DNA of 64,000 nucleotides from a virus (taxonomy: Duplodnaviria; Caudoviricetes): IMG/VR virus record IMGVR_UViG_2737471636_000001, positions 25,331 to 89,330 of that record, one strand, 5' to 3'. A program made the position numbers and the translations under genes. This document shows, piece by piece, positions 19,838-30,064 of the stretch (within the stretch, counting starts at the first letter, position 1; each line of letters opens with the position of its first letter). Below the pieces are notes generated by a model. That model was not told where the DNA came from, made no database searches, and saw nothing but the letters and a program-made list of their open reading frames with translations.

Positions 19838-20749
19838 ATGAGTTTATATAACAATGTAGCACAATCACTCACAAGAGGTGGTTTGACCGGTTCAGTAATT
19901 GGTAGCGCCAGTTCCATTACCAACACTATCGGCCAAAGAGCCGCCAGCATGATGGGCAATGGCGAACTAGCCAAAGCAATCGGCAGTATTGGTGCGGCCA
20001 CCGGTCGAAATGTCGTCATTAACCAGATTAATAAGCACATTCCTATCACTGCACGACGCGGTTTAAACGTTGGCGCCGGTGTAGTGGACGATATCATGCG
20101 CGGCGATGTAAACGCTGCCGGTTTGCGCATACTCGATTCTGGATTACTCAACAAACTTCTACCTGGGATGAGTGCTGCGGCTTCCCAGGCAATGTACTGG
20201 AACCGCCCTTCTCCTTTATTTGGCGGCATTACTCCAACAGAAGCACTGAGAATATTTGAGACAATGCAATCGACCAGGCTATCCAAGAAAAACTTATTCT
20301 TGATCGAGGCATCCAGTAGATTGATGGGAGACTGGGTTTCTCCCTGGCTAAATATGTTTGCAACAGAGATCGAATACGCGCCGTATATCGTGGGCAGTGA
20401 TAAACATAGAACGGGCGGCTCGACTATCGATTCTGTGCGCACAGGCGAACCGGTAGAAATGCGTATTTCCACTATGGATGATCAGTTTGGCACCATAAAG
20501 AAGTGGTACGAACTTCATCACAGCAGCGCCGTAGCGCAGGATGGTACCGTGGGATTGCCGTCAATGTATGCCATCAAGTTCAATATTATTCATTCATTTG
20601 TTACCCGCGAGAGCACCCTGTATGGGGCGTATGAAAGCATTGGATGGTTCAGGCCGTCCAATCTTGAAATCAGCTTATCCAGACGCGAGGATGCTATGGC
20701 AGAGGTGCAAATGACATTCTCGCAAATAGATACTTTCATAAAAGCATAG
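19838..20749 (+). CDS. Tail tube-like/baseplate initiator protein
   Basis: 303 aa upstream of tape measure; tube-like C-terminal half. Confidence 0.45.
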   Translation: MSLYNNVAQSLTRGGLTGSVIGSASSITNTIGQRAASMMGNGELAKAIGSIGAATGRNVVINQINKHIPITARRGLNVGAGVVDDIMRGDVNAAGLRILDSGLLNKLLPGMSAAASQAMYWNRPSPLFGGITPTEALRIFETMQSTRLSKKNLFLIEASSRLMGDWVSPWLNMFATEIEYAPYIVGSDKHRTGGSTIDSVRTGEPVEMRISTMDDQFGTIKKWYELHHSSAVAQDGTVGLPSMYAIKFNIIHSFVTRESTLYGAYESIGWFRPSNLEISLSRREDAMAEVQMTFSQIDTFIKA

Positions 20750-20759
20750 GAATCTAACA

Positions 20760-22856
20760 ATGGCCGTTAAACATGACAATCAAGGCTTTGTGATTGGAGA
20801 ATCCGTTGATCTTGATAAAACCTTCGGGCTCTGGAATGAAATTAGAGAGGATTTGCGTGCAATCCGCGCCGCTCTGACCGACAGCAGCAAGGGTGATTCA
20901 GCGGTACCATTAGTTCGGATCAAGAAACCAGAGCCAATTTCATCAGCCAGGCACCAAGTAGCTACCCCACTGGCTAGGAACGCCGCTAAATCATCGCCCT
21001 ACAGCCCAATAACCAAGCCATTTAACGACGACATGGGTACGGGTAAGTTTTCGCTACCAGCTAGTCCTCTCGAACGAAAAGCCATTACTCGAAGCGAGCG
21101 GAAAGCAAAAACAGCAGCCGCAAACGGAGGTGGCGAGAGCATTAAAAGCGCCGCACCAGCAAATAGAAATACCACGACAGGACGGTTTGAAAGAAAGAAT
21201 GGTGGCTTCGGAACTCGAAGCGATACTGATGATAGCGTGGATAGTTCCCTTTACTCCAATGAGGAAGGTGGCAGGGCTCTGAGTGATGCAACCAACAAAA
21301 TCGTTAGCGCAATTGGCGATATCGGTGGCGGCATGGAGGATACCGACCCTACCATCAAAGCATTCAACGAGGTTTCTCAGCCGTTATCACGCGGCTATGA
21401 AATGCTATCAATAAGCAATGGGATTGATGACAAGCGCAAAGACCGCTGGTTTAGACGCATTTTTGGTGAGTTAAGGTTATTCCGCAAAGACGAAACATTA
21501 TTCAATAAAGCTGCCAATAAAAGCCTGAGAAACATTGAAGAGACGACCGAATCAACCGGCACGACCGATAGCGGTGGTACCAGTTGGTTAATGAGGTATG
21601 TTCTGCCACTGGCCATAGCTGGAATCGGGTGGTTAATGACTGGATCCGGCAAGGAAATCAGAGAGAGGTTATCGAACGCTCATGATAAAACGATGGAGGC
21701 CATACGCCGTCCACTGGACCTTATTGGCAAAAAATTAACCTCATTCATTGAAGGTGTCAGCAGCAAGATCGAGTCAGCCTGGTCCACGTTTACCGGATTC
21801 GTTAAAGATAAACTGGGCATCGATATCAATAAAGCACTCAAACCTGTTGTTGATACCGTTAAGAGTGGATACCAAGCGGTAAAAGGTAAGGTTTCATCAG
21901 CGATCGATCGCGCATACAATACTGCAGAAGCCGGTGTAGGATCCGCTCTGGAAACGGTTATGCCCAAAGGATACCGACACAAAGCAACCTTTAATGGCTT
22001 AAAGGGTGGCGATAAACTGGCTAGATTTGGAACATATACTGACGCGGAAGCACAGAGAATACGCGCATTAAAGACCAGCGCGGCCAATACTTCTGCAAAC
22101 TTAAAGGGTGGAATGCCACCCGAGATTCAGGCCAAGATCGCAGCTCAAGCTAAGAAACATGGGCTCGACCCGGTTATGATGCAAAAAATTGCAGCCATGG
22201 AGAGCGGAGGCAATCCCAATGCGATCAGTGAGACTGGCGCGATTGGAGTGTTTCAGTTCACTGGGAGAACCGCTACTGGCATAGGTATTAAGAATCGTTT
22301 TGATGTTGACCAAAACATAGAAGGCGGCATGAAATTAGCCCTTGAAAACATGGCTATTCTTAAGAATCAGGGTTTGCCGATCACACCCGAAAATCTTTAT
22401 ATGATGCACCAGATAGGACCGGCAGCAGCAAAAGAAGTGATTCACGGAGCTGAGAAAGGACTTTCAAAGCGTGATTTGTCTCAAAATACGCAATCCGGAA
22501 TGAAGATGAACTATGGTAAGAATAGTTCTACCGCTGCTGAGTACATCGATGCAAACAAGACCGCCCTAGACAAACGCTATGCTTCAGTGGTCGGTGCGTC
22601 CATACCGGACACTAGCAACTCATTAGCTCCGCCGGTGAGTTTTGATCCAGCTAAAACGGTTTTTGCACCCGCGCCAAGCATCCCCTCAGTGTCATCGTCT
22701 ATACCATCGATACCTGATGCTCCGTCAATTATTACGCCAATGGGAAGTATCAGCAGCAAAAAACACTCAAATAACGCGGTGATGCCCCAGGAAGTTGGGC
22801 AGGATATTAAGGATCGTAGGATTGCTCATATTGTTACGGGTGGATTGAGTTCTTAA
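20760..22856 (+). CDS. Tape measure / structural lytic transglycosylase (P1 Sit-like)
   Basis: SLT motifs IAAMESGGNPNA.S.TGAIG.FQF; central TM segment. Confidence 0.8.
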   Translation: MAVKHDNQGFVIGESVDLDKTFGLWNEIREDLRAIRAALTDSSKGDSAVPLVRIKKPEPISSARHQVATPLARNAAKSSPYSPITKPFNDDMGTGKFSLPASPLERKAITRSERKAKTAAANGGGESIKSAAPANRNTTTGRFERKNGGFGTRSDTDDSVDSSLYSNEEGGRALSDATNKIVSAIGDIGGGMEDTDPTIKAFNEVSQPLSRGYEMLSISNGIDDKRKDRWFRRIFGELRLFRKDETLFNKAANKSLRNIEETTESTGTTDSGGTSWLMRYVLPLAIAGIGWLMTGSGKEIRERLSNAHDKTMEAIRRPLDLIGKKLTSFIEGVSSKIESAWSTFTGFVKDKLGIDINKALKPVVDTVKSGYQAVKGKVSSAIDRAYNTAEAGVGSALETVMPKGYRHKATFNGLKGGDKLARFGTYTDAEAQRIRALKTSAANTSANLKGGMPPEIQAKIAAQAKKHGLDPVMMQKIAAMESGGNPNAISETGAIGVFQFTGRTATGIGIKNRFDVDQNIEGGMKLALENMAILKNQGLPITPENLYMMHQIGPAAAKEVIHGAEKGLSKRDLSQNTQSGMKMNYGKNSSTAAEYIDANKTALDKRYASVVGASIPDTSNSLAPPVSFDPAKTVFAPAPSIPSVSSSIPSIPDAPSIITPMGSISSKKHSNNAVMPQEVGQDIKDRRIAHIVTGGLSS

Positions 22857-23044
22857 GTTGACCATCAAAATGACGTGATAAATTAGAAGGTAATTCAGCA
22901 GGTAGTTAAGTAGTAGTGAAAAATTGCGAAAAGCGAAAGATTTTTGAAAGCTGATTTACCATAATTTCTAGCACTAGAGTTCTCCCAAGTGCTAAAACCC
23001 TGTTTAACTTATTACCTTCAAAAACAATAATGTCATTGGCAGTA

Positions 23045-23072
23045 AATTCCAAGTTTTTGTATTATGTTAAAT
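23045..23072 (+). other. dif-like XerCD site (perfect XerD arm, degenerate XerC arm)
   Basis: AATTCCAAGTT-TTTGTA-TTATGTTAAAT. Confidence 0.45.
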
Positions 23073-23322
23073 CGAATAATCGTAGAACTAAGCTCAGAAG
23101 AAAAAGTGATAGATTTTCTGCGCTTCTTGATAAGCTGTTTGGCAGTTGTCAGAAAACCTGCATTAATCATTAGTACTCTTTCAAAATCAAGCTGGTCTTT
23201 GAATATCCTCATATCCGACAAGTTATAACAACTTCTAAGTTGAAGGCTTGTCGGGTTTCTTTTATCTAAATTGAAGTCAATTCAAATTTGTAATGATGTG
23301 TTTTTGCTTTTAGGCTGAGAAA

Positions 23323-23751
23323 ATGAACGATCTAATTTATGGTGTGGATAATGAAGAGATTAGAAAGATTACAGGCGAAGATCTGAAAGTAATTAAGAAA
23401 TGGAAAAAAGGAACAAGGGAAATCCCTGAATCCGCATTAAGGTTATTAAGATTATATCTTTCTGGTGATGCCAGTGCATTACTGGGTGATGAATGGAAAG
23501 GCTATCGTTTCGTGGATAATTTGTTTTATGTTCCTGAATGGAGAAACGGTTTTCCACCGCATGAGATTAGAGCTATGTTTTGGAAAGTCCAACAGCTTTG
23601 GAGCTTGCAGCGAGAGATTGAGCTATTAAAACAGGAGTTAGATCGGCGTAATGATGATATTAATACGCTGGAAGTTAGAGTCAGTTTTTACAAACGCCAG
23701 CTAGTGCTTGAAAGCCGGTTTGGTATGATTTTAGAAAGAAGCTTTTCTTAA
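23323..23751 (+). CDS. DUF3653-like HTH phage regulator (inovirus-type)
   Basis: N-terminal HTH (KKWKKG..IP...RLL), W.GYRF motif, coiled coil. Confidence 0.65.
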   Translation: MNDLIYGVDNEEIRKITGEDLKVIKKWKKGTREIPESALRLLRLYLSGDASALLGDEWKGYRFVDNLFYVPEWRNGFPPHEIRAMFWKVQQLWSLQREIELLKQELDRRNDDINTLEVRVSFYKRQLVLESRFGMILERSFS

Positions 23752-23774
23752 CAAGAAAAATCACCAGAATTTTC

Positions 23775-24020
23775 TTAAATAAAGTTACTAACAATCTGGA
23801 AAACAAAACCAGTAATCAAAATACATAAACCTACAAAAGAATATTTATCATATTTTTTAACCCTTTTTATCTGCTCTTCATCTATTTCTTCTCTAACCAT
23901 ATAGCTATACCCTTTGCGATTTATAGTTTCTGGTAGACCAAAACGCCATAAAATTATCACTCCAATTATATCTAGAAATAGTCCGATACTATTGAGTAGG
24001 TCTGAGCAACTTATTATCAA
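23775..24020 (-). CDS. Small two-TM hypothetical protein
   Basis: AT-rich ORF, two hydrophobic segments. Confidence 0.55.
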   Translation of the reverse strand: MIISCSDLLNSIGLFLDIIGVIILWRFGLPETINRKGYSYMVREEIDEEQIKRVKKYDKYSFVGLCILITGFVFQIVSNFI

Positions 24021-24122
24021 AATTGAAATTCTTTCTTAAATTTTAAACTTCAAATATGGAATATGTAACAAAAGGAAAATTATGTACTAGAAAATTATAC
24101 ATAAGAATTTTATTAATATATT

Positions 24123-25064
24123 TTATTTCTCAGCTGTTTTAAATGATGTAAACCAAGTCGAATAGTTTTCAGAGCTTGGAATCATTCCCTCTTCTTTTGC
24201 TTGATCAAAATTAATTCTATTTATTCCATAAGATTTAGACTTAAAACTTTTTTTAAATTTACTATATACCTTGTTCCCGTGAGTATGCAGATCTTCACAA
24301 AGAAGATAACTATAAAATATTGTGTCATCAGTAGATGATGAAATAATTTTCACAAGATCTAGGTATTCTTGATTAGTGTCGCCATTTGGTTTTGGTAATC
24401 CGAAATACTCATACATAATTTCTTGCTTATTAGTCATCAACTTAAATTTTTCAGTTATTTTATTCCGTTTTTCAATAGCATTATTTAAGTTTCCGATTGT
24501 AAGAAATAGTGATGACACAAGGCAAATTGCGCGATCCGCAGCAGAAATTTTAAGAAAAACAAAATCTTGAATACTCTCAATTTCTTTTAATGAAAGCCCC
24601 ATAAGTTGGCGGGCATCTAAAAGAAAAGTATAGCTTGAGTCTTTATATTTTTGAAACTGATCGTAAAAAACAGATAGCATAGGAGTTACATTCTGTTTTT
24701 TTAGCTGCATTGCAATATTACAAAGAGAATATGAAAGTGTAATAGCCACATTTATGTTCCTAATCTCTTTTATGAATTCTTCACGCAATTTGTTTCGATC
24801 AGCTATCCTCTGAGCAGCTAGAGCACCAGCAAACGCTCCGGCTGAAGATCCTATTAAAACATTGAAGAAATTTGAGTCGGTAAATTTAAGGAAAGTTTTC
24901 CAGAATGGCCAAGATTCAATTCTAAGCCATAAATTGTGAACCATAGTGCTCAATTCTTCGGAATAAAACAAATTTATGTCCATATTCTTTGCTTCATAAT
25001 TAAGGGGGTGTTTAATAATCAATCGACTATTATTTAACTTATGGATTATATTAGCGTACAGCAC
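24123..25064 (-). CDS. AT-rich hypothetical protein with N-terminal TM segment
   Basis: 313 aa ORF; start uncertain. Confidence 0.65.
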   Translation of the reverse strand: MLYANIIHKLNNSRLIIKHPLNYEAKNMDINLFYSEELSTMVHNLWLRIESWPFWKTFLKFTDSNFFNVLIGSSAGAFAGALAAQRIADRNKLREEFIKEIRNINVAITLSYSLCNIAMQLKKQNVTPMLSVFYDQFQKYKDSSYTFLLDARQLMGLSLKEIESIQDFVFLKISAADRAICLVSSLFLTIGNLNNAIEKRNKITEKFKLMTNKQEIMYEYFGLPKPNGDTNQEYLDLVKIISSSTDDTIFYSYLLCEDLHTHGNKVYSKFKKSFKSKSYGINRINFDQAKEEGMIPSSENYSTWFTSFKTAEK

Positions 25065-25245
25065 AGCTTTCCATTAATGCTGTATTTTGAAATCAAATTC
25101 TGTTTAGCAATAAGGAAGAGGCTGTATAAAGATAATCCGTGTTAGGGATCGGGCAGCATGACCGCTTTGCGGCCATACCCTTCGCGCCGGTCGGCGGCGC
25201 GACCCTTGTAACATAACATGAAGAACATAATGTTATTTTTTAATA

Positions 25246-25911
25246 GTGAAACCAACTTCCCTCTATAAATATTTGCCCTTCGAGTTTGTTCCATCAGTTC
25301 TTAATCGTGGCGAAATTCTTTTTAGAAATTTGACGTATTTTAGGCAATATGAAGGAATCATTCGAGGTGATGTCTATGAAAGTATTTTCAGACATAGTCC
25401 CCAAAATGAAACTGTTTTTAATATTCTTACAAATGGAAAAAAAATTGTATTAAAAACATCTTTCTTACATTCCACTGACTCTGAGCAAATATATGCTTAT
25501 TGTCTTTCTGAACAACTAAGTAAAAATTTAATGGTGGAGTTTAAAAGCAATGCTTGTATTGAAATTTTTAATCCACACGAATTTATTCGACGAGTAAGAT
25601 TTGCAGTAATGCGTCTTATATCAGTGCATAGTAATGGATTATTAGCTCAGCCTGTAATTTATTATGATGCTGTTAATGTACCTGACTTTGATTACAATGA
25701 TCCGAAAAAAATTATTTTCGCGAAAGAAAATTCGTATGCATGGCAAAATGAATACAGGCTGTGTTTTGGTAAAAAAAGAGCATTTAAATTTAAACAAGAA
25801 TTCACTTTAAAAATGTACGATCCCCATATTGAAGCAATGAAAGGTGTATGCAAAGATAAAATTATTAAGATCGGAAATCTGAAAGATATTGCCCGCCTAA
25901 TAATTCCCTAA
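25246..25911 (+). CDS. AT-rich hypothetical protein
   Basis: LYKY...YCLS...K..Y.WQNEYR pattern seen in DUF2971-like cargo proteins. Confidence 0.6.
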   Translation: MKPTSLYKYLPFEFVPSVLNRGEILFRNLTYFRQYEGIIRGDVYESIFRHSPQNETVFNILTNGKKIVLKTSFLHSTDSEQIYAYCLSEQLSKNLMVEFKSNACIEIFNPHEFIRRVRFAVMRLISVHSNGLLAQPVIYYDAVNVPDFDYNDPKKIIFAKENSYAWQNEYRLCFGKKRAFKFKQEFTLKMYDPHIEAMKGVCKDKIIKIGNLKDIARLIIP

Positions 25912-25926
25912 TTCGTAAATCATATT

Positions 25927-26265
25927 TTATATTTTGTTATTAGAAATCCAACCATAATTAATAGCTGCATTACAAGTATCCGGAACAATATTCAATCGTT
26001 GCGCCTGATGACCATAACAGATGCAATTCGATTTGCTCGAGACGCACGCGGCAACCTGAGACCAGTCGACCGCGTCAGATAGCATTGAAAGCGATTCTTT
26101 TGTACTCGGTAATGCAATGACAGGCTGAGATACCGGAATTACGCTTCCAGGTTGCCTAACGCTGCCCTGTTCGGATTTGTTGATATTTTCTTCTTAATCT
26201 GAGGCAATCGAGGTAATCGGATCAGAGAAACAATAAGATACGCGACCAAAAGTAAACAGTATCAA
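25927..26265 (-). pseudogene. C-terminal fragment of a Zot/pI-like filamentous-phage morphogenesis protein
   Basis: Hand translation: TM-like TLILFTFGRVSYCF, in-frame stop at 26194-96, then ...VAACVSSKSNCICYGHQAQRLNIVPDTC...; ATPase domain absent. Confidence 0.55.
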
Positions 26266-26281
26266 AGTTGGAAAGCGCACA
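26266..26281 (+). promoter_or_regulatory. CRP/FNR-like box upstream of BON gene
   Basis: AGTTGGAAAGCGCACA with TATCTT at 26303-08 (class II spacing). Confidence 0.6.
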
Positions 26282-26336
26282 GACCGCATTTGTATACCTC
26301 GATATCTTTAATTTTTTAATAATCGAGGTAAATGAT

Positions 26337-26660
26337 ATGAAAAATTTAAAATTAATTGCTACTTTGTTTTTAATCAGCATATTTTTTCTTCCTGCCATAG
26401 TATCTGCTGAAGAAACTGGAGTAGGTGAATTTGTTAAAGATTCTGCTATTACTACTCAAATCAAAGCTAAATTACTTGGGACAAAGGATATCGATTCTTT
26501 GCACATTAAAGTAGATACAGATAATAATGGAATTGTAGTGCTAACTGGTGCGGTGAAATCAAAAGCGGAAGAAGATTTAGTTCACAAAATTGCGCATTCC
26601 GTCGATGGCGTAAAGAAAGTTGTAAATAAATTAATAGTTGACCCCGCACTATTCAATTAA
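26337..26660 (+). CDS. BON domain (OsmY-like) protein
   Basis: Signal peptide; DSAITTQIKAKL...IKVDT..G.VVLTG.V...A.SVDGVKKV.N; RBS GAGGT. Confidence 0.9.
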   Translation: MKNLKLIATLFLISIFFLPAIVSAEETGVGEFVKDSAITTQIKAKLLGTKDIDSLHIKVDTDNNGIVVLTGAVKSKAEEDLVHKIAHSVDGVKKVVNKLIVDPALFN

Positions 26661-26807
26661 ATTTTAAAGTATGACGCATTGGATTTGTGCTTTTATTGGC
26701 ACTTTCAAGTTTTCAATTTACTAACCGTTACAGCAATTGCATCTGCGTAGTATCTCCCGCCCGGCAAGAACTAGAGCCCCTTGCCGGGCAATCCAATTCA
26801 AATCAAA

Positions 26808-28331
26808 TCAAACATCGCTAAATATTTCCTCGGTTCTTTTTAACGCGGTATCAGCCGCAGAATCTGTCAGTCCCCCTCCTCCGGCCTCGCTTGATACGAT
26901 ATAACTCGCATCTTCAAGAAAGGCAAAACACACAGCATCCCAAAGATCCGGAGAGCCCATTCCGTCCCATTCAGTAGCTCCTTTTGGCGGCACCCTGATA
27001 CGCCCCTTGTCAGTGAAGGTTTTAGGTATGCGTGATGATTGATCCAGCATGGCATTTCGATAATCTCTGGTTAGGATCGACAACCGTCCGTCTTTCGCTG
27101 CCCTCGCTGCTTGATGCATGGCTTGGGCTCGCAAATTGAGGTATCTATCCTTATTTATATTCTTGAAACACGGATTCCCCCAATTCACGCGATGCACGAC
27201 CTTATTCATATCCTCAAGGTCTTGACATACATTGATACCTAATCCACCCGAATCAATTACGTAGGTGGCATTCGATAGATCAGATCCGTTATCCGAAACA
27301 TATCCTGCAAAAGTATTTGATCTAATTTTGTTGGTCAAAAGTGGAACCTTTACTACTTCCACCCGGCGTGCATCCGGGCCCATGTCGCCATAGCCAATAA
27401 CACGTACCAAAACACATGATGATTTATCGCGCAAACCCTCACCTGACGCTATATCAGCCAATACAAGCCAGCCATAATTCTCTTCATCTTTTATAATTCT
27501 GCCTCGCTTGTACATCGCCTCAGATACTCTACGATTCATCATATGCTTAGATGAATCTTCCGGTGGCAATCCTAGAATGCGAACCCTTCTCTCATCATCG
27601 TCGTATTGGTTCCATAACTCAATTATTGATTTGTCGCTAACAAATGGAGAATCAAGAGAACTGAATCGTAGTGCATTCCAATCACCACCGTTTTCTCTAG
27701 ATAAATCAGTTTGAGTTCTGTGAAAATATCCTGCATTACGGGTGTACTGGCTTGTGAGAAGCATCCGGTTATGTTCTTCAGTCAATGCTCCCGTTAAAGT
27801 CGTACATACGCTATCAGGCAAAGTCGATGCCTCATCGCCAATAACAAGAAGCCATTTGCCATGGCGACCGGCCATCTTATTCGCCGTTTTGTCATTGGCT
27901 GTTTTGCTCTCGATAAACCAAGTATCTTCAAATTCTCTTATTCTTGCCGATTGATCGGCCATAACCTCTATGTGTTCAGCAATCCATCCGTGTCTACCGC
28001 GCCTTATCTCTTCGTGTGACACTCCCACTTCTTTCCACGCGGTAGAAGCCAGCTGATCCATATCATTTGCAGTGATCAATGTATTCGACATGGGATAGCA
28101 AGAGAGATGCCACAACATGATTATCGCTAATCCTTTTGTCTTGCCGGTTCCGTGACCAGAAGCAACTGAAGTGCGCGATCTCGATGGGGAAACGCTCGCA
28201 AATAATTCTCTTTGCTGGCTTGACGGTATCGAACCAACGACTTCTATAGCAAATCGTTCAATATTTCCAGAATATCTCTCACAGAAAGGTTTCCATCGTG
28301 GATCCTCGGGTAATAAAATTGGCTTTGCCAT
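26808..28331 (-). CDS. Terminase large subunit (P1 PacB-like)
   Basis: SVASGHGTGKT Walker A, IGDEAS Walker B, C-terminal SPDLWDA nuclease motif. Confidence 0.9.
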   Translation of the reverse strand: MAKPILLPEDPRWKPFCERYSGNIERFAIEVVGSIPSSQQRELFASVSPSRSRTSVASGHGTGKTKGLAIIMLWHLSCYPMSNTLITANDMDQLASTAWKEVGVSHEEIRRGRHGWIAEHIEVMADQSARIREFEDTWFIESKTANDKTANKMAGRHGKWLLVIGDEASTLPDSVCTTLTGALTEEHNRMLLTSQYTRNAGYFHRTQTDLSRENGGDWNALRFSSLDSPFVSDKSIIELWNQYDDDERRVRILGLPPEDSSKHMMNRRVSEAMYKRGRIIKDEENYGWLVLADIASGEGLRDKSSCVLVRVIGYGDMGPDARRVEVVKVPLLTNKIRSNTFAGYVSDNGSDLSNATYVIDSGGLGINVCQDLEDMNKVVHRVNWGNPCFKNINKDRYLNLRAQAMHQAARAAKDGRLSILTRDYRNAMLDQSSRIPKTFTDKGRIRVPPKGATEWDGMGSPDLWDAVCFAFLEDASYIVSSEAGGGGLTDSAADTALKRTEEIFSDV

Positions 28332-28335
28332 TTAA

Positions 28336-29211
28336 TTAATCCAATCCAAGATCAACAATATCACCACTATCATTATCTATAACAAAACCCAAACGCTCAC
28401 GCCTACTTCTGATTACTTCTTCGCGCCTAGCAGCTTCGGCAAGGGCTTTTTCATAAATGGCATCAAGTTCTTCAGCAGGCGGGAATATGTTTAAATTTAT
28501 TTCTTCTTTTACTACGATCTTGTCTTTCCATTTCTTAGGTTGCCTGTTTTTCAACCACAAAAAGGCGGCGCCGGTCTCTGGTGGATAGTGTTTCGTTAAT
28601 TCAGTTAATGTAATCTCACCACGATAGTTACTGACGTGAGTTTCAGGATGTGAATAACCTATCCCTCTTTTATAGAGACTTACGGCCATATCCGCATCAG
28701 CCATTGTTTTACCCCTGGTAAGTGACTCCATAAACAATGGATATTCTTTTTTCCAAAGATTAAGAGTGCTTTCGGCTATGTTGAAAAAATCAGCCAGTTC
28801 TTTATCAGTAGCCCCTAACATACATAATTTATATACTTGATCTATATATTCTTCTTTAAATAACGATGGTTTCCCTTCCTTCTTTTTCGATAGTTTCTCC
28901 ATGGTTTCGCTGATGGTTTCGCTATCATTTTGCGTAACCTTCGTAATCTTGACGGGCTCTTTCTTGTTATAAGCTTTATGTGGCTTAGCTTTTGATGGTT
29001 TCTCTACTGCAGATTCATTGATGGTTTCGCTTTCTTGCGTAACCTTGGTTTTCTTCCAAAATTCACGTGCTGCAACCTTACCTATTGCGGGCCTTGAGAC
29101 TGGTAGATTCAATTCTTTAACCAACCAAGAATAACCTTCCCTGGGGTCAGACTCCCAGGCAATTCTCACCGCCTCCCATTCTTCTTGGGTTAATTTAGGT
29201 TTAGCTGCCAT
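28336..29211 (-). CDS. Terminase small subunit
   Basis: LGATDKELADFF.I.ESTL..WK HTH, SLYKR..GY, WLKNRQP..W; directly upstream of large subunit. Confidence 0.85.
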   Translation of the reverse strand: MAAKPKLTQEEWEAVRIAWESDPREGYSWLVKELNLPVSRPAIGKVAAREFWKKTKVTQESETINESAVEKPSKAKPHKAYNKKEPVKITKVTQNDSETISETMEKLSKKKEGKPSLFKEEYIDQVYKLCMLGATDKELADFFNIAESTLNLWKKEYPLFMESLTRGKTMADADMAVSLYKRGIGYSHPETHVSNYRGEITLTELTKHYPPETGAAFLWLKNRQPKKWKDKIVVKEEINLNIFPPAEELDAIYEKALAEAARREEVIRSRRERLGFVIDNDSGDIVDLGLD

Positions 29212-29214
29212 GAA

Positions 29215-29853
29215 TTAGTCTGAAAATAACCGTGGCTGAGGTTTTGAATCTATCTTGAACCGATTGATTCCATTCGCCAGCTCTGCATATATTTCCAATT
29301 TCGTTCGTGATTTACTTGTTAACTCTGCAATTCTATTTACTCTTGAAAGTAACGTATTACTTCCACGCAGCTCATTGAATTCTGGATTTAACTCAATGAA
29401 TCTTTTCATGGCAATATCCAAATCAACAGCCGATTCAAAGAAATACTTCATAAATTCAGTTACTGCGTTAATTCTGTCCTGTAACTTTCTGACTGAATTC
29501 ATATCGGCCATCCTGCTTTGCTCCCATTGCTCGAATAACCATTTCTGAGTTTCTCTCTCACTTATAGCTTGGGCACTCATTTCCCAATCGCTGGACTCAC
29601 CAAACAAAAAATCAATTGACACGTGATACAGTCTCGCTGCTCTTATAATTAGCCACAGTGGTATTGAATTTGTATCCGAACCTGCTTCAATTTTGGCAAG
29701 TTTTGATGAGTTAGTATAACCAAGACGTCTTGCCGCCTCACTTTGGTTGAATCCGGCTATTTCACGCGCTTCACGTAATCGCTTACCCATTATTTTTACC
29801 AGTCGGGTACGCTCTTCTGTTTTGGGGATGTACCTAACCACCACTCTGGCCAT
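29215..29853 (-). CDS. XRE-family HTH regulator (candidate late-gene activator)
   Basis: GKRLREARE..G.NQSEAA...VSIDFLFG. Confidence 0.75.
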   Translation of the reverse strand: MARVVVRYIPKTEERTRLVKIMGKRLREAREIAGFNQSEAARRLGYTNSSKLAKIEAGSDTNSIPLWLIIRAARLYHVSIDFLFGESSDWEMSAQAISERETQKWLFEQWEQSRMADMNSVRKLQDRINAVTEFMKYFFESAVDLDIAMKRFIELNPEFNELRGSNTLLSRVNRIAELTSKSRTKLEIYAELANGINRFKIDSKPQPRLFSD

Positions 29854-29873
29854 AAACCTAACTCTCCGCGAGA

Positions 29874-30062
29874 TTAAACGAGGTTATACTTATCTCTGCA
29901 TGGGGCGCATGCACCTTTTACTAATCTCAGCGATTCTTCGCCGCATTGGAAACACTTGCCAGCCATCCCTTTTGGGATGTCCGCAGCCTGTGCGCGAATC
30001 AGCGCTATACTTTTATCGTGTGCTTCTTAAAAAAATTCGTTTGCGTTATCAATATCATCCAT
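29874..30062 (-). pseudogene. TraR/DksA-like C4 zinc-finger gene with premature stop
   Basis: MDDIDNANEFF*EAH...GKCFQCGEES.RLVKGACAPCRD; TAA at 30029-30027. Confidence 0.6.
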
Positions 30063-30064
30063 TG

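Noticed and set aside
19603-20472. Long antisense ORFs (also 51187-51870, 56842-57345, 61625-62050)
   Set aside because: Shadows of well-supported genes on the opposite strand with no recognisable motifs
25140-25215. Integron attC site
   Set aside because: GTT and AAC cores are in the wrong order for attC and there is no integron integrase
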